In this document: positions 1 through 8,675 of the stretch, piece after piece
How the letters are laid out: every line of letters begins with the position of its first letter
Numbering within the stretch: the stretch's first letter is position 1
DNA from: Gemmatimonadota bacterium
Lineage (GTDB): Bacteria > Gemmatimonadota > Gemmatimonadetes > Longimicrobiales > RSA9
DNA: 33,429 nucleotides
Assembly: GCA_040905425.1 (NCBI GenBank)
Contig: JBBDRO010000014.1
Span: 24,454 to 57,882, forward strand
Reading direction: 5' to 3'
The notes under the pieces: model-generated
What the model saw: the letters and a program-made list of their open reading frames with translations, nothing else
Databases searched by the model: none
What the model was told of the DNA's origin: nothing
Translations under genes and position numbers: made by a program

Positions 1-55
1 TTGAGGCGGAGGCCGAGCCGGACGTTGAGGCGGAGGCCGAGCCGGACGTTGAGGC
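1..55 (+). repeat. 24-bp in-frame tandem repeat (gttgaggcggaggccgagccggac), at least 2.3 copies, encoding VEAEAEPD
   Basis: Copies at 1-23, 24-47 and a partial copy at 48-55; may extend upstream of the window. Confidence 0.9.
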
Positions 56-1727
56 CGCCCCGGAGCCCTACACCGAGCCCTACGTCGAGCCGGGCACCGA
101 CCCGGACGCCGGACCGGACCCAGCGCCGACACCCGCTGCACAGACCGCCCCGGAGCCGGCCGCCGAGGGTGAGGCGCAGGCCGTGGCCCGGCTCGCCTCG
201 CTGATCCTGCTCGACGCCATCCGGCAGGGAGCCACCCGCATCATCATCGAGTCCAGCGGCGGCGGCAACGGCATCGTGCGCTTCCGGGTGGACGGCATCG
301 AACGTCGCTACATGAATCTCTCGGTGGTGGCCATGAACCGCGTGATCGAGCGGTTGGCCGCGCTGGCCGGGGCCGTACCCGGCGCGGGCGGACGCACCGG
401 AGCGGCACGGGTGAAGGCAGGGGAGCACACGTACGCGTTCCACCTGGTGGTGGGCCAGATGGGCGGTGCGCAGCGTGCCTTCGTACGCATCCAGGATACG
501 GCGTGGCACCCCCGACTCGATGAGCTCGGCATTGCCGAGCGGGAACTCGCGGCACTCCAGAAACTGGTTGCGGCACGGACCGGCCTCCTGCTCATCGCGG
601 GTCCGGAGGGAAGTGGCCGCTCCACCGTGGCGCGCGCCCTCCTGCGCGCGTTCGTGGCCGGCGGCCGGCGCCCGGCCGCGGTGGAGGAGCGCGCGGGCAG
701 CGAGGTCGAAGGCGTGGCCCACACACGTCCCGGGCCGGGCGGCGCCATGGCGGCGGCGGTGCTGGCTGTCTCGCGCGGGCGGGACGTATTGCTGGTGGAC
801 GAAGTCCACGATGCTCCCGCGCTGGCCGCCGTGGTGGAGGCGGCGCACGACCGCCTCGTGCTTGCGGTCGTGGACGCACCGGACGCACCCGCGGCGCTAC
901 GCGGCGCCGCAGAACGTCTGGGACAGCCGGCGGCAATCGCAGCCGTTGCCCGCGGCGCCGTGGCATTCCGGCAGCTGCGCAGTCTGTGCGACGCGTGCAG
1001 CCAGCCCGCCGGTGACCTCGACGAGTCCGAGGCGGGCCGCGCCGAGGCCTTCGGCACGCGCCCCTCACGCAGGGCTGTCGGATGCCCCCGGTGTGGCCAG
1101 ACGGGCTATCGGGGATCCGTTCAGGTGGCGGCGGTCCTGCCGGTGGATGAACGGGTCCGAGGGCTGCTCGGCAAGCTCGCGGGTGCGGACGAACTGCAGC
1201 GCGCGGCGCGCACGGCGGGATACCGTCCGCTCCTGCAGGTGGCCCTGGCCAGGGTGGCCGCGGGAGACACGACGCTGGCGGAGGTGGAGCGCGTGGTCGC
1301 GGCCCCCCCGGTCCCCGCCGGCCAGCCTGCACTGGCGCCCCTCGTGCTCGTGGTGGACGATGATGCGGAGACGCGCGTGCTGGCCCGCAGTGCCCTGGAG
1401 AGTGCCGGCTATCGGGTGGAAGAGGCCGCCAATGGGGAACTGGCCCTGCAGCGGCTCGTCACCGGAGAGGATTGCGCGCTCGTGGTGCTCGATCTGCTCA
1501 TGCCCGGCATGGACGGCCATGAGGTCCTGCACCGCATCAAGTCGGACATCCTGACCGCCGGCGTACATGTGGTCGTGCTGACCGGTTCCGACAATCCGGA
1601 GGATGAGCGGAGGGCCATGACGGGTGGCGCGGAGGACTACGTGCGGAAGCCTTTGGATCCGACGCAGTTCCTGGCGCGCGTCGCTGCCGCGCTGCACCGC
1701 CGGGCAGCCGCGGAGCTCGTCGGATGA
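3..1727 (+). CDS. PilB/GspE (PulE)-family secretion ATPase-like protein with C-terminal response-regulator receiver domain; 5' truncated, ATPase motifs degenerate
   Basis: The frame is open from base 3 (EAEAEPDV... acidic linker), so the track start at 183 is internal. It contains VRFRVDG, Walker A-like GPEGSGRST, Walker B-like DVLLVDEVHD, zinc motifs CDAC/CPRC followed by GYRG, and GDTTLAEVERV. The REC domain shows VVDDD, LDLLMPGMDG, LT and KP. Confidence 0.85.
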   Translation, partial: EAEAEPDVEAEAEPDVEAAPEPYTEPYVEPGTDPDAGPDPAPTPAAQTAPEPAAEGEAQAVARLASLILLDAIRQGATRIIIESSGGGNGIVRFRVDGIERRYMNLSVVAMNRVIERLAALAGAVPGAGGRTGAARVKAGEHTYAFHLVVGQMGGAQRAFVRIQDTAWHPRLDELGIAERELAALQKLVAARTGLLLIAGPEGSGRSTVARALLRAFVAGGRRPAAVEERAGSEVEGVAHTRPGPGGAMAAAVLAVSRGRDVLLVDEVHDAPALAAVVEAAHDRLVLAVVDAPDAPAALRGAAERLGQPAAIAAVARGAVAFRQLRSLCDACSQPAGDLDESEAGRAEAFGTRPSRRAVGCPRCGQTGYRGSVQVAAVLPVDERVRGLLGKLAGADELQRAARTAGYRPLLQVALARVAAGDTTLAEVERVVAAPPVPAGQPALAPLVLVVDDDAETRVLARSALESAGYRVEEAANGELALQRLVTGEDCALVVLDLLMPGMDGHEVLHRIKSDILTAGVHVVVLTGSDNPEDERRAMTGGAEDYVRKPLDPTQFLARVAAALHRRAAAELVG

Positions 1728-2092
1728 GCGGCGTTGACGGCCGCGCCGTGATCGACAGAGCCGCTATCGAACGCCTCACGCGGCTGGGTGGGGCGGCGCT
1801 GGCCCGGCAGATGATCGACCTGTTCATGGAGCACGCGGCGGAGCGCCTCGACGCCGTGCGGGGCGGGGTGGACGGCCCGGATGTGAAGAGTGCCGAACGC
1901 GGCGCCCACTCGCTCAAGTCCACTGCGGGCAATCTGGGTGCGGAGCGATTGATGGAGGCGGCTCGCCAGGTAGAGGATGCGGCCTCGGCAGGCGATCACG
2001 ATCGGGTGGCGGCGCTTTTCGATACGCTTGACGCTGCCCTCCAGGAGGCGCTTGCGTCCCTGCGAACGATACACGCGGAGCTGGGCACGTGA
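1724..2092 (+). CDS. Stand-alone Hpt (histidine phosphotransfer) domain protein
   Basis: AHSLKSTAGNLGA Hpt motif; ATGA overlap with the upstream stop. Confidence 0.9.
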   Translation: MSGVDGRAVIDRAAIERLTRLGGAALARQMIDLFMEHAAERLDAVRGGVDGPDVKSAERGAHSLKSTAGNLGAERLMEAARQVEDAASAGDHDRVAALFDTLDAALQEALASLRTIHAELGT

Positions 2093-2454
2093 GGACGATT
2101 GCCGTGGTCGAGGACAATCCGGACAACCGCCTGCTCGTGAGCGCCATTCTGGGGGGGGACTACGAGTTGGCGGAGTATGAGTCGGGTCCGGCGGCGCTGG
2201 CTGGATTGCGAGCCCGGCGCCCCGATCTTGTGCTGCTCGACATCTCGCTGCCGGGCATGGATGGTACGGAGGTGCTGCAGGCCATCCGGACCGACCAGGC
2301 ACTGGCAGGACTCCCCGTCATCGCGCTCACCGCGCACGCCATGCAGGGAGACCGTGAACGATTCCTCGAGATGGGCTTCGACGCCTACGTGACCAAGCCG
2401 ATCGTGGACGAGGAGATCCTGCTGAACGCCATTCGCGGCGTCCTGGACCGCTGA
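2089..2454 (+). CDS. Single-domain response regulator (CheY/DivK-like)
   Basis: VVEDNPDN, LLDISLPGMDG, ALTAHAMQGD, TKPI; GTGA overlap. Confidence 0.93.
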   Translation: MRTIAVVEDNPDNRLLVSAILGGDYELAEYESGPAALAGLRARRPDLVLLDISLPGMDGTEVLQAIRTDQALAGLPVIALTAHAMQGDRERFLEMGFDAYVTKPIVDEEILLNAIRGVLDR

Positions 2455-2464
2455 CGCATCCCTC

Positions 2465-2734
2465 TTGGACGAGCTTCGCGCCTTCTACCGTAGCGCCCTG
2501 GCCGAGCGTGTGCAGACGCTCGCCGCGGCCCGTGCCGCAGCCTCCGACCCTGCGGCGCGGACCACGATGCGACGCATGGCGCACGCCCTGCGCGGCTCCG
2601 GTAGCACCTACGGCTTCCCCGACGTGACGGCCGCGGCCGCGCGGGTGGAGGAGGCGTCCGAAGCGGATCTGCTCGGCGCCGTCGATGGGCTCCTGGCCGT
2701 GATCCGGGCCGTGGCCGAAGGCGAGCGCGGATGA
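2465..2734 (+). CDS. Second stand-alone Hpt domain protein
   Basis: AHALRGSGSTYGF Hpt-like motif; TTG start is uncertain. Confidence 0.8.
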   Translation: MDELRAFYRSALAERVQTLAAARAAASDPAARTTMRRMAHALRGSGSTYGFPDVTAAAARVEEASEADLLGAVDGLLAVIRAVAEGERG

Positions 2735-3093
2735 GCATGCACATTCTGGTGGTGGATGATGATGCGGAGATGCGGCTGGCCGCACGCTTCGGGCTGGAAA
2801 AGGCTGGCCACCGTGTCACGGAGGCGGCGGACGGCGCCGCCGCCGCCGCGCTGGAGGAGGTGCCGGATGTCCTTCTGATGGATCTGCTGCTGGGACCCCA
2901 CGATGGCGAAGACGTGGCCCGGTCGCTCACCGCGCGGCCGGGTTGGGAGCGGGTGCCGGTGGTCTACCTCACGGCACGCCACGATGATGCCACCCGTGCC
3001 AGGTTGCGCGCGGATGGCGCTGCCGGCGTGCTGGCCAAGCCGTTCGATCCCTTTGCGTTGCCGGAGCTGCTGGCGGCGGCACTGGCCCCCTGA
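2731..3093 (+). CDS. Single-domain response regulator
   Basis: VVDDD, LLMDLLL, YLTA, KPFD; ATGA overlap. Confidence 0.9.
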   Translation: MSMHILVVDDDAEMRLAARFGLEKAGHRVTEAADGAAAAALEEVPDVLLMDLLLGPHDGEDVARSLTARPGWERVPVVYLTARHDDATRARLRADGAAGVLAKPFDPFALPELLAAALAP

Positions 3094-3101
3094 GCCCCTT
3101 C

Positions 3102-3130
3102 TTTCACCGCCTTCCGGCTGCCCCTATCTT
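3102..3130 (+). promoter_or_regulatory. Candidate sigma70-type promoter for rlmD (probably leaderless mRNA)
   Basis: tttcac-17 bp-tatctt, ending 6 nt before GTG 3137; no SD sequence. Confidence 0.4.
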
Positions 3131-3136
3131 CCTCCC

Positions 3137-4444
3137 GTGAACAGCCCGAGGAAAGCCCTGGTCAACATTCACGGCATCGCCGCCGGCGGCGCCGGCGTGG
3201 GTCGACTGCCCGATGGTCGCGCGGTCTTCGTGCACCGCACGGCGCCTGGTGACGAGGCACGCATCCGCGTGGTGCAGGAGAAGCGCCGCTGGGCGCGGGG
3301 CACCCTGGTGAGCGTGGAGCGGCCGGGACCGGATCGCCGGCCCCCGCCGTGCCCCCATTACGGGCGCTGTGGCGGCTGTACACTTGAGCACATGACCTAC
3401 GCGGCCCAGCTCCGCGCCAAGCGTGAGGTCGTGGCCGCGGCGCTGCGCCGTATCGGAGGCGTGGAGGCGTACGTGCCCGAGGTGGTTGCCTCGCCGGCGG
3501 AGGTCCGCTACCGCAATCGGGTCTCCTTCTCACTGTTGCGCTCGGCAGGCCGCGTGCAGGCAGGATTCCATGCGCTCGAACAGCCGGGGACGGTGGTGGA
3601 CGTCGACGGTGGCTGTCTGCTGCCCGAGGAAGCCGTGGCCCGCACCTGGGATGCGCTGCGCCATGAGTGGGGGCCGGGTGCGCGCCTGCTGCCGCCCGGC
3701 AAACGGCTGCGCCTCACGCTGCGTGCTACGGTGGATGGCGTGTGCACCCTGCTCGTCGAAGGAGGTGAGGCAGCCGTTGTTGAGGCGGAGGGTGAGGCGG
3801 CCGGCCCGCGAGCCGAGCAACTCGTGGCGGCCGTCCCGGCGCTCGCCGCCGTATGGTGGCGGTCGACGGCCGGCGAGCCTCCCGTGCTCTTGGCGGGGGC
3901 CGAGCTCGTCATGGACCGCTGGCGCGATCAGCCTGTTCGCCTGCAGGGCGCCCTCTTCCTCCAGGTGAACCGTGGCGCCGCGGCACTCCTCGAGGACCAC
4001 GTGCTAGTCCTGGCGCGGGACGCCGGTCCAGAGACGGCGGTGGATGCCTATTGCGGTGTGGGTCGCTACGCCCGGGCGCTGGCCGCGATGGGCGTGCCGA
4101 CCGTGGGCATCGAGGCCGATCCGCACGCGGTGACGGAGGCCCGTCGCGGCGCCCCAGCCGGCACGCGCTTCGTGGCGGGGCGGGTGGAGGATGCCCTGCC
4201 CGAGCTGCTCCCCTCGGCGCTGCTCGTCACCAACCCGCCCCGCGCCGGCATGGCTGCGGACGTGGTGGCTGCCCTGCTTGCCGCGCCGACCCGCAGGGTG
4301 ATCTACGTAAGTTGCGATCCGGCCACGCTGGCCCGGGACCTTGGCCGCCTGGAGGCGGTCTATCGGCTGCGCGGCGTGCGCGCCTTCGACCTGTTTCCCC
4401 AGACGGCTCACGTCGAAACGGTCGTGGAGCTGGAGCAACGATGA
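3137..4444 (+). CDS. rlmD: 23S rRNA m5U1939 methyltransferase (RlmD/TrmA family, TRAM domain)
   Basis: TRAM N-terminus, CPHYGRCGGC Fe-S motif, FLQVN, DAYCGVG, NPPRAG, YVSCDPATLARD and FPQTAHVE. The start is moved from the track's 2903 to GTG 3137. Confidence 0.88.
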   Translation: MNSPRKALVNIHGIAAGGAGVGRLPDGRAVFVHRTAPGDEARIRVVQEKRRWARGTLVSVERPGPDRRPPPCPHYGRCGGCTLEHMTYAAQLRAKREVVAAALRRIGGVEAYVPEVVASPAEVRYRNRVSFSLLRSAGRVQAGFHALEQPGTVVDVDGGCLLPEEAVARTWDALRHEWGPGARLLPPGKRLRLTLRATVDGVCTLLVEGGEAAVVEAEGEAAGPRAEQLVAAVPALAAVWWRSTAGEPPVLLAGAELVMDRWRDQPVRLQGALFLQVNRGAAALLEDHVLVLARDAGPETAVDAYCGVGRYARALAAMGVPTVGIEADPHAVTEARRGAPAGTRFVAGRVEDALPELLPSALLVTNPPRAGMAADVVAALLAAPTRRVIYVSCDPATLARDLGRLEAVYRLRGVRAFDLFPQTAHVETVVELEQR

Positions 4445-4962
4445 AGTACTTCGTGACGGTATACGGCCGCACGGTGGAGGTGGAACTCTCCGGCGGCGAA
4501 GTGCTCGTGGACGGCCGGGCCTTGCGCGCGGACCTTGCCGCAGTGCCGGGCACCGAAGTCCGCCACCTGCTGTTAGATGGCACCTCCCATACGCTGGACG
4601 CTCACCCCGGTGCGAGTGGCGGCGTCTGGGAGCTGCACGTGGATGGGCTGCCCGTGCGGGCGGAGGTCGTGGACGAGCGCACGCGCGCCATCCGGGCGCT
4701 CACCGCCCGCACCGGCGCCGCCGCCGGCCCACGCCCCGTGCGCGCACCCATGCCGGGTCTGGTGGTGCGGGTGGAGGTGGAGGAGGGGCAGAGCGTGGCG
4801 GCGGGGCAGGGTGTGGTCATCATGGAGGCCATGAAGATGGAGAACGAGCTGCGCGCCGAGGCCGACGGCGTCGTGGCTCGGGTCCACGCCGTTCCCGGCG
4901 CTGCCGTGGAAAAGGGCGTCGTGCTCGTCGAATTCGCGCTGCCTGCGGGAGAGGAGGCCTAG
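4441..4962 (+). CDS. Biotin carboxyl carrier protein (acyl-CoA carboxylase subunit)
   Basis: MKYFVTV start with ATGA overlap; APMPGLVV and the EAMKMENE biotinylation motif. Confidence 0.9.
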   Translation: MKYFVTVYGRTVEVELSGGEVLVDGRALRADLAAVPGTEVRHLLLDGTSHTLDAHPGASGGVWELHVDGLPVRAEVVDERTRAIRALTARTGAAAGPRPVRAPMPGLVVRVEVEEGQSVAAGQGVVIMEAMKMENELRAEADGVVARVHAVPGAAVEKGVVLVEFALPAGEEA

Positions 4963-6540
4963 GTGGCTCGTGAGGAGGAGGTTCGCACGACGGACGGGAT
5001 CGTGGTGCAGCCCGTCTATCGAGAGGCGGACGTGCCCGGACCCGCGGCGGATCGATTGGGTGAGCCAGGCGCTCCGCCCTTCACCCGCGGTGTGTACCCG
5101 TCCATGTACCGCGGCCGCCTCTGGACCATGCGCCAGTATGCCGGTTTCGGGACGGCGGCGGAAACCAACGAGCGCTATCGGTTTCTTCTTGAACATGGCC
5201 AGACCGGTCTCAGCGTGGCCTTCGATCTGCCCACGCAGATGGGCTACGACTCCGATCACCCCATGGCGGCCGGTGAGGTAGGCCGCGTGGGCGTGGCCAT
5301 CGACACACTGGACGACATGCGTACCCTGTTCGCGGGCATCCCCCTCGAAGAGGTGTCGGTCTCCATGACCATCAATGCCACGGCCGCCGTGCTGCTGGCG
5401 CTGTATGTGGCCCTCGCGGACGAGCGGGGCGTGCCGCGCGACCGCCTGGCCGGTACCGTGCAGAATGACATTCTGAAGGAGTACATCGCCCGCGGCACCT
5501 ACATCTATCCCGTGGAGCCGTCGCTCCGCCTGGTCACGGATCTCTTTGGTTTCTGCGCCGCTGAGGTGCCACGCTGGAACACCATCTCCATCAGCGGCTA
5601 CCACATCCGCGAGGCCGGCTCCACGGCTGCGCAGGAGATAGCCTTCACCTTCGCGGACGCGCTCGAGTACGTGCGGCGGGCGCTGGACGCGGGTCTGGAT
5701 CTGGAGAGCTTCGCACCCCGGCTCTCCTTCTTCTTTGCCGCGCACAACGATCTGTTCGAGGAAGCCGCCAAATTCCGCGCCGCGCGTCGGTTGTGGGCCC
5801 GGCTGATGCGGGAGCGCCACGGCGCCAGCGACGCGGCGGGGCGCCTGCGCTTTCACACCCAGACGGGAGGTGTCACGCTTACCGCGCAGCAGCCCCTGAA
5901 CAACGTCGTGCGTGTGACCGTGCAGGCGCTGGCCGCCGTGCTCGGCGGCACGCAGTCCCTCCACACCAACGCCTACGACGAAGCACTGGCGCTGCCCACC
6001 GAGGAATCGGCCCGGCTGGCGCTGCGCACCCAGCAGGTGCTGGCGGCCGAGTCGGGCGTGGCCAGTACGGTGGATCCGCTCGGCGGCAGCTACTACGTAG
6101 AAGCACTCACGGACTCTCTCGAGGCCGAGGCCCTGGCCTATCTGGAGCGGGTGGACGAACTGGGCGGTGCGGCGCGGGCCATCCCCTACTTCAAGGAGGA
6201 GATCCATCGCGCCTCCTACGCCCACCAGCAGGCCGTGGAAGCAGGGGAGCGGCGGATCGTGGGGGTGAACGTGCACACGTCGGAGGATGCCCCCCCGCGG
6301 ATCGAAGCTCCGGCTTACGCGCGCCTGGAGGCCGGGCAGCGTGAGCGGCTTGCGGAGGTCCGGGCCACGCGGGACCAAGCGGCGGTGGACGCCGCGCTGG
6401 GCGCGGTGCGCCGCGCGGCCGAAGGCACCGCCAACGTGCTGCCCGCCATGGTGGAGGCGGTGCAGGCCATGGCCACCCTGGGTGAGATCAGTGACGTGCT
6501 GCGCGACTGCTGGGGCGTCTACCGTGGCGACGGATCTTGA
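4963..6540 (+). CDS. Methylmalonyl-CoA mutase, substrate-binding (large) subunit without a B12-binding domain
   Basis: [65 protein letters not shown]; no DxHxxG motif. Confidence 0.93.
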   Translation: MAREEEVRTTDGIVVQPVYREADVPGPAADRLGEPGAPPFTRGVYPSMYRGRLWTMRQYAGFGTAAETNERYRFLLEHGQTGLSVAFDLPTQMGYDSDHPMAAGEVGRVGVAIDTLDDMRTLFAGIPLEEVSVSMTINATAAVLLALYVALADERGVPRDRLAGTVQNDILKEYIARGTYIYPVEPSLRLVTDLFGFCAAEVPRWNTISISGYHIREAGSTAAQEIAFTFADALEYVRRALDAGLDLESFAPRLSFFFAAHNDLFEEAAKFRAARRLWARLMRERHGASDAAGRLRFHTQTGGVTLTAQQPLNNVVRVTVQALAAVLGGTQSLHTNAYDEALALPTEESARLALRTQQVLAAESGVASTVDPLGGSYYVEALTDSLEAEALAYLERVDELGGAARAIPYFKEEIHRASYAHQQAVEAGERRIVGVNVHTSEDAPPRIEAPAYARLEAGQRERLAEVRATRDQAAVDAALGAVRRAAEGTANVLPAMVEAVQAMATLGEISDVLRDCWGVYRGDGS

Positions 6541-6630
6541 CGCGCGTGCGCCGCGCGCCCGCGGAGTGGCGTCCGCCTGCCGCCCGCGGTTAGAATAGGC
6601 CCTGTCGAACGCCTATAACCGAAGATTGAA

Positions 6631-6960
6631 ATGCCGACGTACGAATACCGCTGCGCTGCCGGGCACGACTTTGAGGCCTTCCAGCGCATGAGTGAAGAAC
6701 CCCTGAAGACGTGTCCCGAATGCGGCGCTGCGGCCGAGCGGCAGCTCTCCGCCGGCGCGGGCATCCTCTTCAAGGGAGATGGCTTCTACATCACCGACTA
6801 CCGCAGTGACAGCTACAAGAAAGCTGCCGAGGCGGACAGCAAGAGCGCGTCCGACAAGCCCGCCAGGGACAGCGGCTCGGGCAAGGACAGCGGCTCGGGC
6901 AAGGAGAAGACCAAGCCCTCCGGTGGCAAGGGCGATTCCTCCACGGGATCCGCGGGCTGA
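6631..6960 (+). CDS. FmdB-family zinc-ribbon protein
   Basis: MPTYEYRC..GH..CPECG and FKGDGFYITDY, followed by a Ser/Lys/Gly low-complexity tail. Confidence 0.9.
   Translation: MPTYEYRCAAGHDFEAFQRMSEEPLKTCPECGAAAERQLSAGAGILFKGDGFYITDYRSDSYKKAAEADSKSASDKPARDSGSGKDSGSGKEKTKPSGGKGDSSTGSAG
6867..6905 (+). repeat. 18-bp in-frame tandem duplication (ggacagcggctcgggcaa x2), DSGSGK
   Basis: Exact copies at 6867-6884 and 6885-6902. Confidence 0.85.
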
Positions 6961-8675
6961 TGCCGGCGGAGCGCCTGCGCTCCCAGCTCGCACGTACCGC
7001 CGCCGAGCTGGGTGCCCCGGATGACGTGGACGTGCAGGTGGAGCGGCCCGGCAACCCGGAGCACGGTGACCTCACGACCAATCTGGCCATGCTCCTGGCC
7101 CGCCCCCTGGGCCGGGCCCCACGCAGCATTGCCGCGGACATTCTGGCACGCCTGGATACCGCGGAGGCCGGCGTGGCCTCCGCCGAAATCGCCGGTCCCG
7201 GCTTTATCAATTTTCGCCTGGCGGCCGAGCGTGTGCAGGATGATCTGGCCGCGCTGGTCAGCGCCGATGACGCGTACGGCCGGAGCACCGAGGGAAGCGC
7301 CGAGCCGATCGTGGTCGAGTGGGTGTCGGCCAATCCCACCGGGCCCCTGCACTTCGGGCACGGCCGTCAGGCGGCGCTCGGTGACGCGATCTGCCGCCTC
7401 CTGGAGCTGACCGGCTGGCGCGTGCATCGGGAATTCTATTACAACGATTCGGGCCGGCAGATGGAGCTGCTCGCGCATTCCGTGCGCGCCCGCTACGAGG
7501 AACTGTCGGGTGGTGACGCGCCGTTCCCCGAGGAGGGGTATCATGGCGAATACGTCCGCGAGATCGCGGCCGCCTTCCGGGACCAGCACGGCCAGGGGCA
7601 CGCCGGGCGTGACGACGCTGCCACCCTGGATGCCATGCGCCAGTTCGCGGTCGGGCTGTTGCGCGCGGAGCAGGACCGTGACCTGAACGATTTCCGGGTG
7701 CGCTTCGATCAGCACTATCTTGAATCGTCGCTCTACGAGGAAGGCCGCGTGGAAGCGGCGATCGCGGCCCTCCGGGAGACCGGGCTGGTGTACGAGCACG
7801 AAGGCGCCACCTGGCTCCGCACCACGGAATTCGGGGACCAGAAGGACCGTGTGATGGTGCGCGGGGACGGCAATCCCACGTACTTCCTCCCGGATGTGGC
7901 CTATCACCTCACGAAGTGGGAGCGAGGCTTCCATCACGCGGTGAATGTCCAGGGCTCCGACCACCACGGCACCGTGGCACGCGTGCGCGCGGGCCTGCGG
8001 GCGCTGGGACTGCCGGAGGCGTACCCGGAGTATGTGCTGCACCAGATGGTGCGGCTCGAGCGGGGCGGGCGGGAAGTGAAGATCTCCAAACGCGCCGGCG
8101 CCTATACCACGCTCCGCGAGCTGTATGACGAGGTGGGCGTGGACGTGGCGCGCTACTTCTTCCTCATGCGCAAGCCCGAAGCGCAACTCCTCTTCGACCT
8201 GGACCAGGCGCTGGACCGGTCGGAGAAGAACCCGGTATACAAGATCCAGTACGCCCACGCCCGCATGTCGTCCATCTTCGGCAAGGCGGGAGTGGCGCCG
8301 GACCGGGCCGATCCTTCGGCCGCAGAGCTCTCCCTGCTCTCACATGAGACGGAACGGGAGCTGGTGCGCGCCCTTACGGAGTTCCCGGATACCGTGTCCA
8401 CGGCCGCGCGCCTGCGCGCCCCCCATCTGCTGTGCGATTATCTCGAGCGCATGGCCGGTCTGGTCAACTCGTGGTACCATGCCGGTAACCCCAGCAGAAA
8501 CCCTGAACTGGCCGTTCTGGTGGAGGATCCAGCGCTCCGCCAGGCGCGCCTCGTGCTCACCCGCGCGGTGAGGATCGTGCTCCGCAACGGACTGGCAGCC
8601 CTGGGGCTCACGGCCCCGGACCGTATGGACCGCAGTGGCGAACTGCCATCTCAGGAAAACGAGGCAACGGCATGA
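6960..8675 (+). CDS. argS: Arginine--tRNA ligase
   Basis: AGPGFINF, SANPTGPLHFGHGR (HIGH), KISKRAG (KMSKS-like), NPVYKIQYAHAR. Confidence 0.97.
   Translation: MPAERLRSQLARTAAELGAPDDVDVQVERPGNPEHGDLTTNLAMLLARPLGRAPRSIAADILARLDTAEAGVASAEIAGPGFINFRLAAERVQDDLAALVSADDAYGRSTEGSAEPIVVEWVSANPTGPLHFGHGRQAALGDAICRLLELTGWRVHREFYYNDSGRQMELLAHSVRARYEELSGGDAPFPEEGYHGEYVREIAAAFRDQHGQGHAGRDDAATLDAMRQFAVGLLRAEQDRDLNDFRVRFDQHYLESSLYEEGRVEAAIAALRETGLVYEHEGATWLRTTEFGDQKDRVMVRGDGNPTYFLPDVAYHLTKWERGFHHAVNVQGSDHHGTVARVRAGLRALGLPEAYPEYVLHQMVRLERGGREVKISKRAGAYTTLRELYDEVGVDVARYFFLMRKPEAQLLFDLDQALDRSEKNPVYKIQYAHARMSSIFGKAGVAPDRADPSAAELSLLSHETERELVRALTEFPDTVSTAARLRAPHLLCDYLERMAGLVNSWYHAGNPSRNPELAVLVEDPALRQARLVLTRAVRIVLRNGLAALGLTAPDRMDRSGELPSQENEATA

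Noticed and set aside
1..55. CRISPR-like repeats
   Set aside because: The copies are directly adjacent with no spacers, are in frame within a CDS, and have no cas genes nearby.
6567..6619. Promoter for the FmdB-argS run (tagaat at 6591, tataac at 6614)
   Set aside because: Plausible -10 boxes, but no convincing -35, and I cannot choose between them.
6631..6962. Selenoprotein readthrough of TGA in the FmdB protein or other TGA-ending genes, given selB
   Set aside because: The proteins are complete at their TGA, the stops overlap the next start codon, and no Cys-equivalent position is interrupted.
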